Shown here one piece after another: positions 46,501-58,590 of a stretch of DNA of 64,000 bases (positions are counted from its first letter, which is position 1; each line of letters opens with the position of its first letter). Source of the stretch: Epithemia pelagica (lineage: Eukaryota > Protista > Bacillariophyta); contig OX337238.1 of assembly GCA_946965045.2 (NCBI GenBank), positions 2,790,001 through 2,854,000 on the forward strand, given 5' to 3'. Position numbers and translations under genes: made by a program. A model generated the notes under the pieces. It saw nothing but the letters and a program-made list of their open reading frames with translations. It was not told where the DNA came from and did not search any database.

Positions 46501-48043
46501 GAAAATGGATTTTACCAGGAAGGCCAGGTGGGTTCTCGATGGACACAAGACGCCGGATCCAGAAGGATCAACGTTTGCCGGTGTGGTGTCTAGAGAAAGC
46601 GTACGCATCGCTTTCACGTACGCCGCTCTGAATGGGCTTGATGTCTTCGCCGCCGACATCAGAAATGCGTACCTCCAGGCGCCATCTTCAAGAAAGGATT
46701 ACATTATATGTGGCCCTGAGTTTGGGATCGAGAACGTGGGCAAGGTTGCACTCGTTCATCGCGCATTATATGGAGGAAAGACGGCGGGAAAAGACTTTCG
46801 GAACCATCTCAGGTCATGTATGAGTCATCTTGGTTTCAAGTCATGCCCTGCAGACCCAGATGTCTGGATGAGGCCGGCAGAAAAGTCTGACGGATCACCG
46901 TACTACAAGTATGTATTGCTTTATGTGGATGATGCCTTGGCCATTGGAGAGAGAGCGGAGAAGATTCTCCGGGAGGAAATTGGCCGATACTTTGAGTTGA
47001 AAGAGGAGTCAGTCGGTCCTCCAAGTCTGTATCTTGGTGGAAGAGTTCGGAAGGTTGTACTTGAAAATGGAGCCGAAGCATGGGCCTTCAGTTCTTCTCA
47101 ATACGTTCAAGCCGCCGTAAAGAATGTAGAAGATCATCTGTCCAAGGATGAGAACAAAAGGTGGTCTTTACCAAGCAAAGCAGACACGCCGATGAAGGCC
47201 AACTACAGGGCAGAGCTGGATGTCTCAGCGGAGTTGTCACCGGGAGACGCCTCGTATTATCAATCTTTGATTGGAGTTTTGCGTTGGATTGTCGAGTTAG
47301 GCAGAGTCGATATCTGTCTTGAGGTATCCGTGTTGTCGTCCCATCTCGCCCTACCGAGGGAGGGGCATATGCAACAAGTCCTGCAGGTATTCGCATACCT
47401 TAAGAAATACCACAACGCAGAGCTTGTGTATGATCCAAGCGATCCCGTCGTTGACGAAACAGAGTTTGAACGAAGGGATTGGACTGCCTCAGAATTTGGC
47501 CATATTGATGGCAAGGAGGAGTTACCACCCAACATGCCGGAGCCTCGAGGATTGGGGTTTGTGATTCGCGCCAAAGTTGATGCGGATCATGCTTCCGACA
47601 CAGTATCGAGACGATCTCGAACGGGTTTTCTCGTCTATCTGAATTCGGCATTGACATATTGGTGGAGCAAGAAGCAGACATCAATCGAATCGTCATCCTT
47701 TGGATCGGAATTCATTGCTATGAAGCAGTGTTGCGAATACCTACGAGGGTTACGGTACAAGCTAAGGATGCTTGGGATACCGTGTGACGGTCCAAGCTTT
47801 ATCTATGGAGATAATCAATCGGTGTTGGCGAACACTACAATACCAGACTCGGCGCTAAAGAAGAAGAGCCAGTCTATTGCATACCATTTCGTGCGGGAGG
47901 GTGTGGCAAGGGACGAGTGGAGGACGACCTACATAAACACTCACGATAACGAGGCGGACTTGTTGACCAAGGTTCTGCCAAATGGAGAGAAGAGGCGTGG
48001 GTTTGTTCGCAACTTGCTTCACCACATCTTTGGCACAGAGTGA
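43514..48043 (+). CDS. pol: pol of copia C (PR, IN, chromo-like domain, RT, RNase H), in frame with gag
   Basis: PR LDSHAN; IN YMDTFF, ICDMSKE and AELYIKLIK; RT KARWVLDG, YGGKTAG and YVDD; RH VDADHA and SFGSEF; no internal stop. Confidence 0.95.
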   Translation, partial: ERPAMSSSLRGGILQPDNTKPWDPGEHGQFEHECQCRQHKSIVPTRCFAIVAAASLDNDEEMQNMDGEHRTELDSHANMPVVGRHGYIVNKHGRKVDVSPFTPQYKSMQAELVDAIVRYDCPYAGKPYLLVIQNALWVQAMENNLIPPFILREAGIKVNERAKIHTDDPTTDDHAIIFPSTGFRIPLSLWGIFSFFPTVKPTEDDLVAGHDVYVLTPSRWNPHSDAYETNEASMLDWEGNIKEKKDQLRIVIDNIPNPNDELDYRVSSMEAHAIDRTCAARNHWRNHMAELRKSAAIEPYDEIGGHLSGISSVLVESMMALELEERMVHGKEVAAIGATTIQDEGEEEDNSDDSSEGEREPDDDMDIDLSTLEDVDLDEFFVSSVHAGKSQGIGARHLAKVWRISHDDAKRTLAVTSQRGKRPENPTLSQNYGTNDRMLRYRRIEEYFYMDTFFATKKGGKSSRGHTCCQLFVTDKGFMHVVPMKRKSEVLMAVKIFAKEIGAPDALICDMSKEQTSSDMKLFLNDIGTTLRALEEGTPWANKAELYIKLIKEAVRKDMREANSPLPFWDYCLERRVRIYNLTARDYITVRGTNPYTATLGVEGDISSLGRYQWYEWCYFREHTAKFPHNQEVLGRILGPAKGEGNEMAQWVLKANGNVVPRRSTRPLQESEIYSASEQSKREAFNALIERRHGTSIQPPPTIPDDDEKFYDPYEDDEQPQYTTPDIEDTVDNTGRLLNQCPAYDRMINAEVQMQIGDEISKGVVKRRAIGADGTTSGKYHDDPYSNSILYEVEFLDGQVKEYAANVIAESMLAEVDTDGKHLRLMEGKVEWKKDESLAVSKRDKYVYDRHGRRRARKTTRGWWLLVKWKDGSESWQRLADMKESYPIETAEFAVARGLEDEPAFQWWAKSTSRRRDAIISALKTRARQIRHKYGIEIPTSVEHAKELDKRNGNDYWMKALAKEMFNVGVAFEILADGEKAPHGWHLVTGHLVWDVKMDFTRKARWVLDGHKTPDPEGSTFAGVVSRESVRIAFTYAALNGLDVFAADIRNAYLQAPSSRKDYIICGPEFGIENVGKVALVHRALYGGKTAGKDFRNHLRSCMSHLGFKSCPADPDVWMRPAEKSDGSPYYKYVLLYVDDALAIGERAEKILREEIGRYFELKEESVGPPSLYLGGRVRKVVLENGAEAWAFSSSQYVQAAVKNVEDHLSKDENKRWSLPSKADTPMKANYRAELDVSAELSPGDASYYQSLIGVLRWIVELGRVDICLEVSVLSSHLALPREGHMQQVLQVFAYLKKYHNAELVYDPSDPVVDETEFERRDWTASEFGHIDGKEELPPNMPEPRGLGFVIRAKVDADHASDTVSRRSRTGFLVYLNSALTYWWSKKQTSIESSSFGSEFIAMKQCCEYLRGLRYKLRMLGIPCDGPSFIYGDNQSVLANTTIPDSALKKKSQSIAYHFVREGVARDEWRTTYINTHDNEADLLTKVLPNGEKRRGFVRNLLHHIFGTE

Positions 48044-48184
48044 ATGATAAGTGGATTACGCATGAGCGGAACCACTTGGTTGAATGGAGGTGGATGTAGC
48101 ATGACGCGAACCACCTAGGATAAAACAAGGACCACAAGACGATAACAAACCAACATTGCAGCGGCAAGGTTGATTTGAGAGGAG

Positions 48185-48348
48185 TGTTGAAATTGTGGCC
48201 TATATTTGGCAACGAACGACAAATGTGTGTAAACTACCATGGCTATGTGGCCGATTTTGGTGGGAGCTGTGTACGACTCCCATCTGTGAACCAGGGTAGT
48301 TTTCTCTGTAATGAACGTATAATCTTTCTGATAAGCGAACTCTTAGCA
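48185..48348 (+). repeat. 3' LTR of copia C
   Basis: Direct repeat of 41701-41864. Confidence 0.95.
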
Positions 48349-49657
48349 CAACGACGGAGTCAAGGACAAAACGACGGCCAACACACATTCGCACGGTTCT
48401 GTCATTCATCACGTGCCACAAAAAGATTCCTGGAGCAGAATCACCATGACGACCTACAACGACAACGACAACGACAACGACAAAACAACGGCCAACACAC
48501 ATTGGCACACGTTTCCAGTGTTTTGGTTCTGTCAAGAATGATGATGATGATGATGATGATGATGATCGAGTGACGGTGTCATTCTTCCAGACACACTCAC
48601 TCGGTGCATCCTTCACAGTGTACTAGAACGAGCGATGACGAGGCTATAATGATTGATATCGAGACCAAACAACAGAAAGAAGAAGACTCTTGCTTGAAGC
48701 GTTTAATGCTTAATTGTGATGGCCTTCATCATCATCATCACACCGAAAAAGAACAAAAAAGTCTCTCACTTTTTCTCCGACAACACAGCGTGGGCCTATA
48801 GAGTTCAAGCCAATGTGGAAGAAGAAGAAACCAACAGAGGACCCAGCAATCGGCCTGAGAAAGATCATCATTGGTGGAAACGCACAAGATGCTTTGTTGT
48901 GATGGTCTTCAAGATTGGAAAAAGAGTCCTGGTCCCTTTATCATGGGTATTTGCCCTGTGGTATTTGTGCCTGTTGCATTTATTTGCCCTGTCGTATTGG
49001 CGCCAGTTGCATTTATTATTGTTCTTGTTGCTTCCCTACGTGCGGTGGATGATTTTCCTATCGATGTCGATAGAATGGCTTCTAGCATTTGTTGCATCTT
49101 CGAGTTTGCCAGTGTGGAACAACCATGTGAGATCGATGATTGGATTGGAACCTATGGATTTGGCCCGCTGCGTTGTGCATGGAAGAGGAAAGAGCGTTTG
49201 GCTGCGATGCTGATGTTTTGTGCAAAACAGCCTGACGAAATTTGATAACGGCCTCAAGACTGCAACGGACAAGCTCTGCTTCCGATATACAGTGGTAAAA
49301 CGGATTCGCGTTCTTTGAAATGGGATTGTCAGCGTGTTCGTGGAATCTATGGATTTGTGCGAAAGTAGTTGTTTTCGTTGAGGATGGTTTTGGAACCGTC
49401 CATCTGTCCAAGGTCATCCATCCGATGAATAAAAGAAGGATGGTTTTGGACCCGTTCATCTGTCCAATGCCATCCCTCCGATGAAGGAGCCATGATTGAA
49501 ATCGCCATCGTTGAGGTGCGTCCGTCGTTGCTGTCGTCTTTCGTTCCGGTTTTGGTGTAAAAGGTTCAGAATATTCAGTCCATCTAGTTCGGAGTTCATT
49601 TTCATATTTTTTTTGAGGAGAACGACGAAGCTCTAAGGTCCATTCCTTGGTGTTGTC

Positions 49658-50803
49658 ATGAAATCTCAAAGTACCATAACGACAACACTGAAACAGCAAG
49701 CAAAACAATCCGGGCTTTGCTTTCTGGACATCGACAATTATAGTGAGGCGCCGCAATGGAATACCAATGACTGGCCTCACGTTTTAGGTGGATGGCTTCG
49801 TTCGCATGCATCGGTTGTGCTCGACCATCCCGAACAGGATAACAATGCACAGACGGTTGTTGTTTTGGGAGGATGCACACAAAGACATGGCTTCACCAAC
49901 TTAGTTCTGCTTATGAATTTGGCACAAGAATCTAGGCAATGGTGGGAAGGACCACCGTTGAACAGCAATTAAGCCTATCATGCTGCGGTGGTTTGTAACG
50001 GAGGAGTTTATGTGATTGGAGGATGGAACGGAAGTTTTCGCTTGGATACTATCGAACGCATTGATGTTGACAATTTGTGTTCCTGGGCAGCGTTACGCAC
50101 CACCAGCAACCAATGGACAACTGTGACTTGTCGATTGTCTACGGCAAGAGATGAATGTTCGGCTGTTGCCTTGCACAATCGTTATATTGTTGTGGTTGGT
50201 GGATACAACGGAAACTATTTGTCGTCGGTTGATATAATCGATACAGCTATCGCAAGCAACCACACTGTGATTGTTGGACCATCCATGACAGTACCTCGAT
50301 CTGGTTGTGCAAGTGCTGTCATTGGTCATCGCATTTTTGTTGTTGGAGGCTACAATGGGCACAATCGAGAAGGTCTCAAATCAGTGGAGTACTTGGAGAT
50401 TCATGATCCTTCAGACAATGAGACAATGGCCACAGCAGGTGCAGTGTTTCCATCCTCATGCCGTTGGACATGTCATGACAAGCTTGAGCTTTCCATGTCA
50501 CGATGTCATCATGCAGTTGTAGCTGTTGGATCATGTCTGATTGTTGCGGGAGGTTCATTTGTCGCGGACACTGCAGAAGTCTTGGATACTCGCCGAAACG
50601 ATGTGTGGACCATTCCACGATCAGCACCGCCCCGTATTTTCTCCACTGCTGTGGTTCACTCGAGGGGAATTGCTTTGATTAGTGGACTTCGCAATCCTTC
50701 TTGTGCGACACTCTCCTTGGTTGACAAGAATACGTGGTGCTTTCGTCGACTCACTGAGCAGGTGCCGAGTACAATCTTTGGGCCAAGTACAAAATCACTG
50801 TAA
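49658..50803 (+). pseudogene. Kelch copy 3 with an in-frame TAA (49970-49972); the usual ATG is mutated to ATA
   Basis: NSN*AYH where paralogs read NSNRAYH (CGA to TAA); 49658 and 49988 are the same frame. Confidence 0.88.
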
Positions 50804-51904
50804 TCTGCTCCAGTCTGGTGGTGGTCCTTTTTCGGAAGGAAGCAGCTGGTGGTACTCGATCGAACCGTTCTCACATCGCCTGTGTCGTCGTAGGTGTCTG
50901 CTTCCTTTTCGGAAAGGTTGGTGACCTTGTCGAAAGGGTTATAAATTATTTGTGTTTGAATCGACATTCTGAGAGCGACAATGAACGAGGGGATGACTTT
51001 GGGCGCCTCCCTTTCTGTGGGTCTTACTGGTCATGCTCTTGTGCTGATTCGAGCGATTCTTCCAGAGACACACACGGACCACAACATCTACCCACAGACG
51101 GACAGTCCAAACGTTTGCCTTTTCTTGGATTCGATCCAGCCGCTGTAAAGTGCTCTTCTCTTTGCTTTGTTTTGTCTTTTTTGTTGTTGTTTGGGGATAT
51201 CGTTAATTGTTACTACGACTTTCTTGTTCTTTCCGGAACCAATGTCATGATGGTCTCTCTTTTGTCATCCTCGTCTCTCGTCGTTTCGCCGACAGTCCTT
51301 TTACAGTTCGCGTCACAGTCATACACCCTACACTGAGTTCTCTACTTGGAAGGCATCCGAGTCCCGAGTCCGAAGTACTTTCGCGACTATACTCGACCCT
51401 CCGATTCCGATCCCGTCTCAGACGCCCGCGACTCCACATATAAAAAGGAATCCCCGTCTGTCCGAGTCACGGATGTCACGGGCCAACAACAAAAAGATCC
51501 AATCACCATGACGACCTACCGACAAAACGACGGCCCACACACATTCGCACACGTTTCCAGTGTCTTTGTTGTGTCAAGAATGATGATGATGATCGAGTGA
51601 TGGCGGAAATCCTCCAGACACACTCACTCACTCCGATGAACAGCACTCTCCAACCGGCATGACGGATGATTTGCGCAGAGAATGGTTCCTTTTTGGGGAG
51701 GATGATACCAGCCACGAAACTCTCATCCTGTCGTAGTCCCCGGAACAACCACAACAACCACCAGGACGACACTGCTGCTGCCAAGCGGCGAATGAGCCAC
51801 AAAAAGCCAGCAAAAAGCACTCTATATACCAACACCAACGCTAACACCAACACGAAAATGACGCTGTTTTTTCGGAACGAGGCGCGTGCTACTGGAATGG
51901 CGAG

Positions 51905-51906
<2 letters not shown>

Positions 51907-51934
<28 letters not shown>
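51907..51934 (+). repeat. (CT)n microsatellite; a longer one lies at ~55596-55635
   Basis: Seen directly. Confidence 0.9.
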
Positions 51935-51938
<4 letters not shown>

Positions 51939-53065
51939 CCACAGGAGTGCCAATGACGACAAGAATCGATTGCCGAGAATAGAGAGTCTCTTCTTCTTCT
52001 CCTTCTCCTCCGACGACGACGACAAGGTCCGTGGTGGTCTATGTATAAAGATCGTTGGCAAAACGTCCAACACACAGACAGACAGGAATGGGGGAGCTGG
52101 TGGAACATTCGACAGGATGCCGCCGTCCTCGTTGCCGAATTTCGCGGGTCCTTTTTAGGCCACTATATAATACGTGAGGATGATACCCAGTCCCAAAACG
52201 CGGCCATGGATCTCTACACTAATCATCCTCGAAACAAAACAAATCCAAAAGTCACTGTCTCAACGTGGTACTATAGAGTGCAAGCCAATGTGGAACAAGA
52301 AGAACAAGTGAAAAAACAGAGGAGACGCGGCAATCTGCCAGAGACAGATCATTGGTGGAAACGTACGAGAAGCCTTTCATGCTTGATTGTTGTGGTCTTC
52401 AAGAGTGGGGAGTGGTGGGTACTTGCTCTGGGGTATTTGCGCCAGTAGCATCGTTGCATCTAGTCTTGTTCTTGTCGCTTCCCCAGATTGGGTGGATGAT
52501 TTTCCTATCGTGGGTGCCAATTTCAAGTGATCTCGATAGAAGGGTCGGAGGGCTTCTATAGCATTTGTTGCATCTTCGCGTTTGACAGTTTGGGACAACC
52601 ATGTGTGATCGATGATTGGATTGGAACCTATGGATTTGGTCCGCTTCGTTGCGCATGGAGGAGGAAAGAGCGTTTGGCTGCGATGCAGATGTATTGTGCA
52701 AAACAGCCAGAAAAAGGCAAAGGGGTTCCAGTAAGGCCACGCGTTCTTCGAAATTGGATTGTCAGCGCGTTGATGGAATCTCTAGATTTGTGCCGAAGAA
52801 GTTGTTTCCGTGGATGGTTTTGGACCCGTAAATCTGTCCAAGGTCATCCATCCGAGGATGCAATGATTGAAATCGCCACCGTGGAGGTGCGTCCTTCGTT
52901 GCTGCCGTATTTCGTTCCGGTTTTGGTGTGAAAGGTCCAGACTATTCGGTCCATCTGGTTCGAAGTCCATTGTGTAGTTTTTGAGCAGAAAGAGGAAACT
53001 CTTAGGCCCATTCCTTGAACAAAGGCGATCCATATCTTGCTGCTGTCATAAAATCTGAAAGCACC

Positions 53066-54253
53066 ATGACGACGACGCTGATGCATCAGCAAGCAAAACA
53101 ATCTGGTCTTTGCTTTCTGAACATAAATAGTGAGGCGTCACATTGGAATGTCAATGACTGGCCTCGTCTTTTAGGTGGGTGGCGTGCGTATCATGCTTCA
53201 GTCATGCTCGACCATCCCCAACAAGATGACGAAACCCAGACGGTTGTAGTCCTTGGAGGACGCAAGCCAAATCACAGCTACACCAATTCAGTGTTGTTCA
53301 TGAGTTTGGGAGATGAAAACAAGCAATGGCGGGAAGGACCGCCGTTCATCAGCAACCGAGCCTATCATGCTGCGGTGGTTTGTAACGGAGGAGTTTACGT
53401 GATAGGAGGACACAATGGAAGATCATGTTTGGAAAGTATCGAACGGATTGATGTTCAAAATTTGTGTTCCGAATCCATGGAAAGTTCTACCAGCAACCAA
53501 TGGACGACCCTGACTTGTCGATTGTCTACGGCAAGAGATGAATGTTCGGCTGTTGCCGTGCACAATCGCTATATTGTTGTGATTGGTGGATACGACCGAG
53601 ACCCTTTGTCGACGGTTGATATAGTCGATACAGGTATCGCATGCAACCACACTGTGACTGTGGGACCACCCATGACAGTTCCTCGGTATAGTTGTGCCAG
53701 TGCTGTCATTGGTAATCGTATTTTGGTTGTTGGAGGCTACATTAGGCACAATGCAGAAGTGCTCCAATCAGTAGAGTATTTGGAGATTCATGATCCTTCA
53801 GGCATCGAGACAATGAACACAGCAAGTGCAGTGTTTCCATTCTCATGCCGTTGGACACGTCATGACCAAATTAATCTTTCCATCAAACGGTGGTTTCATG
53901 CAGTTGTAGCTGTTGGATCATGCCTGATTGTTATGGGAGGTTCCTTAGCCGTGGACGCTGTTGAAGTCTTGGACACTCGACGGAACACTGTGTGGACCTT
54001 TCCCCAATTAACAGGGTCACGTCGTTCATGCAGTGCTGTGGTTCACTCGAGGGGAATAGCTGTGATAAGTGGAGATGAAAATCCTTCATGTGCGACACTT
54101 TCTTTGATTGACAAGAATACGTGGTGTTTTCGTCGACTCATTGAGCAGGTGCCGAGTACAATCTTTGGGACAAGAACAAACTCACTTCCATCTGCTCCGA
54201 AACGCACTACACCATCGAACGAGCTAACCAGAGATGAAGACAATGTCAATTGA
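53066..54253 (+). CDS. Kelch copy 4 (intact, ~395 aa from ATG 53066)
   Basis: Collinear with copy 1; no stops. Confidence 0.92.
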   Translation: MTTTLMHQQAKQSGLCFLNINSEASHWNVNDWPRLLGGWRAYHASVMLDHPQQDDETQTVVVLGGRKPNHSYTNSVLFMSLGDENKQWREGPPFISNRAYHAAVVCNGGVYVIGGHNGRSCLESIERIDVQNLCSESMESSTSNQWTTLTCRLSTARDECSAVAVHNRYIVVIGGYDRDPLSTVDIVDTGIACNHTVTVGPPMTVPRYSCASAVIGNRILVVGGYIRHNAEVLQSVEYLEIHDPSGIETMNTASAVFPFSCRWTRHDQINLSIKRWFHAVVAVGSCLIVMGGSLAVDAVEVLDTRRNTVWTFPQLTGSRRSCSAVVHSRGIAVISGDENPSCATLSLIDKNTWCFRRLIEQVPSTIFGTRTNSLPSAPKRTTPSNELTRDEDNVN

Positions 54254-54429
54254 GACATAAAAATACCAGGAGTATGACGCAGTCATGAGAATGAGAGTTC
54301 GAAGTGCTTGCTGTTCTTCCTGAGAAGAAGACGCGTTTACAAACATGCTGGGAGTGTACGTTGTGTAACACAAACGAACGACAGCAATCATATAGTTACA
54401 ACTCACCTCAAGTAATCACGTTGTGTTGT

Positions 54430-55500
54430 TGGTACGATCTTTTGTAGCACAAGGAACGATCCATGTGGGCTGGTCATAGCACAAGTGGAAGAAAAAACAG
54501 TCGGTCTACTCTTGGGTAGAACATCCTCCAAAATGGTCCACAATTCATAAGACACAGGCACTGGCAAAAAATCCATGCCCCAATTGGTGTTTGATCCAAA
54601 GAAGAATCGTGATATGGCAAAAGTCGTACCATGCGTAGTCCTTCATATCATTGGGTTCATGTTCTGTACTTTGTGCTCGTCCTCACGGCGGGTGCAATTA
54701 TGGGAGAGACAATGTGGTTGGTGTTTTGACAGAGTTGATTGACACGGCGTGTCTGTTGCAAAATCTCCTCGTGAAACCACGATTCCAAAGAATGGGGCTT
54801 CGAAACGTCATCCTGGAGGTCATCCTCGGTTTTTTGTAGGAATGAAATTGTCCATACAGCACTGCAGTTAATGATTGGAACAGGGGGTTCCTTCCAGAAT
54901 GACAGTAACCCACCATTTGCCAAACTCACAGCACTTTGGTTATTCACGACCTTTGCGACATCTTGTTCCAGATCCACGTCCCAGGAGGTGGAGTGTACCG
55001 TGTCTCCGGCTTCCGACGACGACTAGACGAGGGACGGGGGAGACTCCAAGACCATGCATGCGTCTACATAATCAAAGACCATGCATTCTTCATCATCCTC
55101 TTCTTGTTCGATAGTTGATCGTGTCGGTACTGTCGCTTCTGGTTGACCAAGGATGATGATAACGACGACAAGGACGACAATGAGGAGGAATACGAAACCA
55201 ATCGTTGATGGTTTCGAGTGATGGACGACGACAAAACCCTTGTACTGGTAGTACTGTTGGGAACAATCGTTGGTGTCACGTGATTGTCGTTGATGTTGTT
55301 TGGAGGGTCTTGCAGTTGAAGTGGTGGTGGTGGTCCAAGAGACCCACTGCCAACTGCACCATCTGGCCTAACGTGACTCAGCTCATGGTCCAGATGGTTG
55401 TTGTCATGTTTCTTCTTCCTGTGTTGGGTGATGGTGTCGTGAACCAATGTTTGCTTCGTTTTTCGGTAGGAGTTCTTCTTCTTCTAGTGGTTGTCCGTTC
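54430..55500 (-). pseudogene. Degenerate, internally deleted paralog of gene X and the 30437-31885 ORF
   Basis: Shared blocks (MDLEQDVAKVV, PHSLESWFH, VTPTIVPNSTTST..LSSSITRNHQRL) split across several frames. Confidence 0.7.
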
Positions 55501-55592
55501 GGGTGGAGATGGGTCGTGAAATTGAGGAGAATGCTTTGCCGTTTGCTTGCTTCTTTGTTGTTGTGTACTACGACTTTGTATGGTTCATGATG

Positions 55593-55638
<46 letters not shown>

Positions 55639-55864
55639 CTCGTCGTCCTCCTTCGTCTTGTTACCAAGAGCGTGTGTTGTCTTGAAAGTTGGGAAAGGAG
55701 AACCCTTTGCCTGTTATAGTCCGTACAACAGTCGTACACTCCTTCATATGTGATAGCCCCAGACTCCAAGGACTTCACCCAAACTTGAAGTCTGTTGTTT
55801 GGGGATATCGTTAATTGTTACTACGACTTTCTTGTTCTTTCCGGAACCAATGTCATTTGATGGT

Positions 55865-57270
55865 CTCTCTTTTTTCGTCCTCGTCTCTTTTCGACGCCCT
55901 TTTACAGTTCGCATCGCAGTCCTACACCCTACACTGACTTCTGTACTACTTTTATCTCATTGGAAGGCATCCGAGTCCCGAGTCCGAATTACTATACTCG
56001 AACCTCCGATTCCGATCCCGTCTGAGACGCCCGCGACTCGACATAAAAAATGAATCCCCGTCTGTCCGAGTCACGGATGTCACGGGCCAACAAAAAAAAG
56101 AGGCATTGTTATTATTTTCTCTGCTTTGGCCTGGTAGTCGCACTAAAGATCCACCATCCTTTTTTGTTGGCAGAATCACCATGACGACCTACGGACAAAA
56201 CGACGGCCCACACACATTCGCACACGTTTCCAGTGTGTTTGTTGTGTCAAGAATGATGATGATGATCGAGTGATGGCGGAAATCCTCCAGACACACTCCG
56301 ATGAACAGCACTCTCCAAACGGCATGACGGATGATTTGCGCAGAGAATGGTTCCTTTTTTGGGAGGATGATGCCAGCCACGAAACTCTCATCCTGTCGTA
56401 GTCCCTAGTCCCCGGAACCCTCGTTGCTGAATTTCGCGGGTCCTTTTTGGGCCACTATATAATACATGAGGATGATACCCAGCACGAAACGCCGCCATGA
56501 ATCTCTTAACCAATTATCCTCGAACCAAACCAAAATAAAACAAAACCATGGAGCCACATTCACAACCACAACCACAAGGACGAGGACTACACAATGCTGC
56601 TAATACAAAAGGCAGCAAGAGACTAGCATTCTACCATTACCATTGGCACTGTTTCGCAACGACTTGTTGAGTTGCGACACTGCTCGTGCCACACAGTGAG
56701 GAGAGAACGAGCGATGATGAGGCTAATGATTGAACCATGAGCTCACAAAGAAGAGAGAACCAAAGTCGCTGTCTCAACGTGGAAGCTCCTAGCATTCGCG
56801 TTTGCCAGTGTGGGACAACCGTGTGTGATCGATGATTGGATTGGAACCTATGGATTTGGCCCATTTCGTTGCGCATGGAGGAGGATAGAGCGTTTGGCTG
56901 TGATGCTGATGTATTGTACAAACAGCCAGAAGGAATTTGAAAAGTGCCTCAAGACTGTAACGGACAAGTACTGCTAACTTACCAATATACAGTGGCAAAG
57001 GGGTTCCAGTGAGGCCACGCGTTCTTCGAAATGGTCAGTGTATTCGTGGAATCTCTGGATTTGTGCCGAAGCAGTTATTTTCGTGGATGGTTTTGGACCC
57101 GTTCATCTGTCCAAGGTCATCCATCCGATGACTCAAAGAAGGATGGTTTTGGACGTGTTCATCTGTCCAAGGCCATCCATCCGAGGATATACGACCATGA
57201 TTCAAATCGCCGCGTAGAGGTGCGTCCGTCGTTGCTGCCGTCTTTGGTTCCTGCTTTGGTGTGAAAGGTC
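55865..57270 (+). repeat. Segment duplicated at 62595-64000 (offset 6730 bp)
   Basis: Identical short-ORF translations in both copies; no mismatch noticed by eye. Confidence 0.92.
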
Positions 57271-57378
57271 CAAAATATTCAGTCCATTTTGTTCGGAGTC
57301 CATTTTCGTATTTTTTTGAGGAGAAAGACGAAACTCTGAGGTCCATTCCTTGGTGTTGTCATAAAATCTGCAAGTACC

Positions 57379-58590
57379 ATGACGACTACACAGCAACAGC
57401 ATGCAAACCAATCGGGGGTTGGCTTTCTCAACATTAATAATAACAGTAACGAGCCACATTGGAATACCAGTGACTGGCCAACCCTTTTGGGTGGGTGGCG
57501 TCGGTGGCATGCATCGGCTGTGCTCGACCATCCCGACCAGGATAACACTGCACAGACGGTTGTAGTTTTGGGAGGAGACAAACAAGGTCAAGGCTTGACC
57601 AACTCAGTTCTGCTGATGAATCTGGCAGAAAAAACTAAGCAATGGCGCGAAGGACCGCCATTAAACCGCAACCGAGCCTATCATGCTGCGGTGATTTGTA
57701 ACGGAGGAGTTTACGTTATCGGAGGACACAATGGAAGTTCACGTTTGGATAGTATCGAACGGATTGATGTCGAAAATTTGTGTTCCGAATCCATGGAAAG
57801 CTCTACCAGCAACCAATGGAAGACTGTGACTTGTCGATTATCTACGAGAAGAAATGAATGTTCGGCTGTTGTCGTGCACAATCGCTATATTGTCGTGATC
57901 GGTGGATCCAACGGAAACTTTTTGTCGTCGGTTGATATAATCGATACAGCTATCGCAAGCAACCACACTGTGATTGTGGGACCATCCATGTCAGTTCCTT
58001 GTTGTGGTTGTGCAAGTGCTGTCATTGGTGATCGCATTTTTGTCGTTGGAGGCTACAATGGGCACAATGCAGAAGACATCAAATCAGTGGAGTACTTGGA
58101 GATTCCTGATCCTTCAGGCAATGAGACAATGACCACAGTAGGTGCAGTGTTTCCATCTTCATGCCGTTGGACACGTCATGACCAACTCAATCTTTCCATC
58201 CAACGGTGGTTTCATGCAGTTGTAGCTGTTGGATCATGTCTGATTGTTATGGGTGGTCGCTTAGCAGCGGACACTGCAGAAGTCTTGGATACTCGCCGAA
58301 ACACACTTTCGACCTTACCCCAATTAAAAGGGTCACGTTATTCATGCAGTGCTGTGGTTCACTCGAGGGGAATTGCTGTGATTAGTGGATATGACAATAC
58401 TTCTTGCGCGACACTCTCCTTGGTTGACAAGAATACGTGGTGTTTTCGTCGACTCACGGAGCAGGCGCCGAGTACAATCTTTGGGTCAAGAACAGACTCA
58501 CTGCGATCTTCTCCAGGGCCTACTACATCATGGAAGGAGTCCGGTGAGCGCCGTAAGAAGAAGTTATCAACTGGGAAAACTGAGACGTAA
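57379..58590 (+). CDS. Kelch copy 5 (403 aa, intact)
   Basis: Collinear with copy 1; ATG start. Confidence 0.93.
   Translation: MTTTQQQHANQSGVGFLNINNNSNEPHWNTSDWPTLLGGWRRWHASAVLDHPDQDNTAQTVVVLGGDKQGQGLTNSVLLMNLAEKTKQWREGPPLNRNRAYHAAVICNGGVYVIGGHNGSSRLDSIERIDVENLCSESMESSTSNQWKTVTCRLSTRRNECSAVVVHNRYIVVIGGSNGNFLSSVDIIDTAIASNHTVIVGPSMSVPCCGCASAVIGDRIFVVGGYNGHNAEDIKSVEYLEIPDPSGNETMTTVGAVFPSSCRWTRHDQLNLSIQRWFHAVVAVGSCLIVMGGRLAADTAEVLDTRRNTLSTLPQLKGSRYSCSAVVHSRGIAVISGYDNTSCATLSLVDKNTWCFRRLTEQAPSTIFGSRTDSLRSSPGPTTSWKESGERRKKKLSTGKTET

Larger units (their letters stand above)
41701..48348 (+). mobile_element. Ty1/copia (CoDi-like) LTR retrotransposon C, apparently intact
   Basis: 164-bp LTRs (41701-41864 and 48185-48348, 4 mismatches), TG...CA ends, flanking CAAC duplication, PPT GAGAGGAG (48177-48184), full gag and pol. 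Confidence 0.96.

Noticed and set aside
49082-49780. Minus-strand ORFs containing GQMNGSKTI upstream of Kelch genes, as a divergent gene family
   Set aside because: Frames and lengths differ in every copy; the shared peptide is simply the translated hairpin motif.
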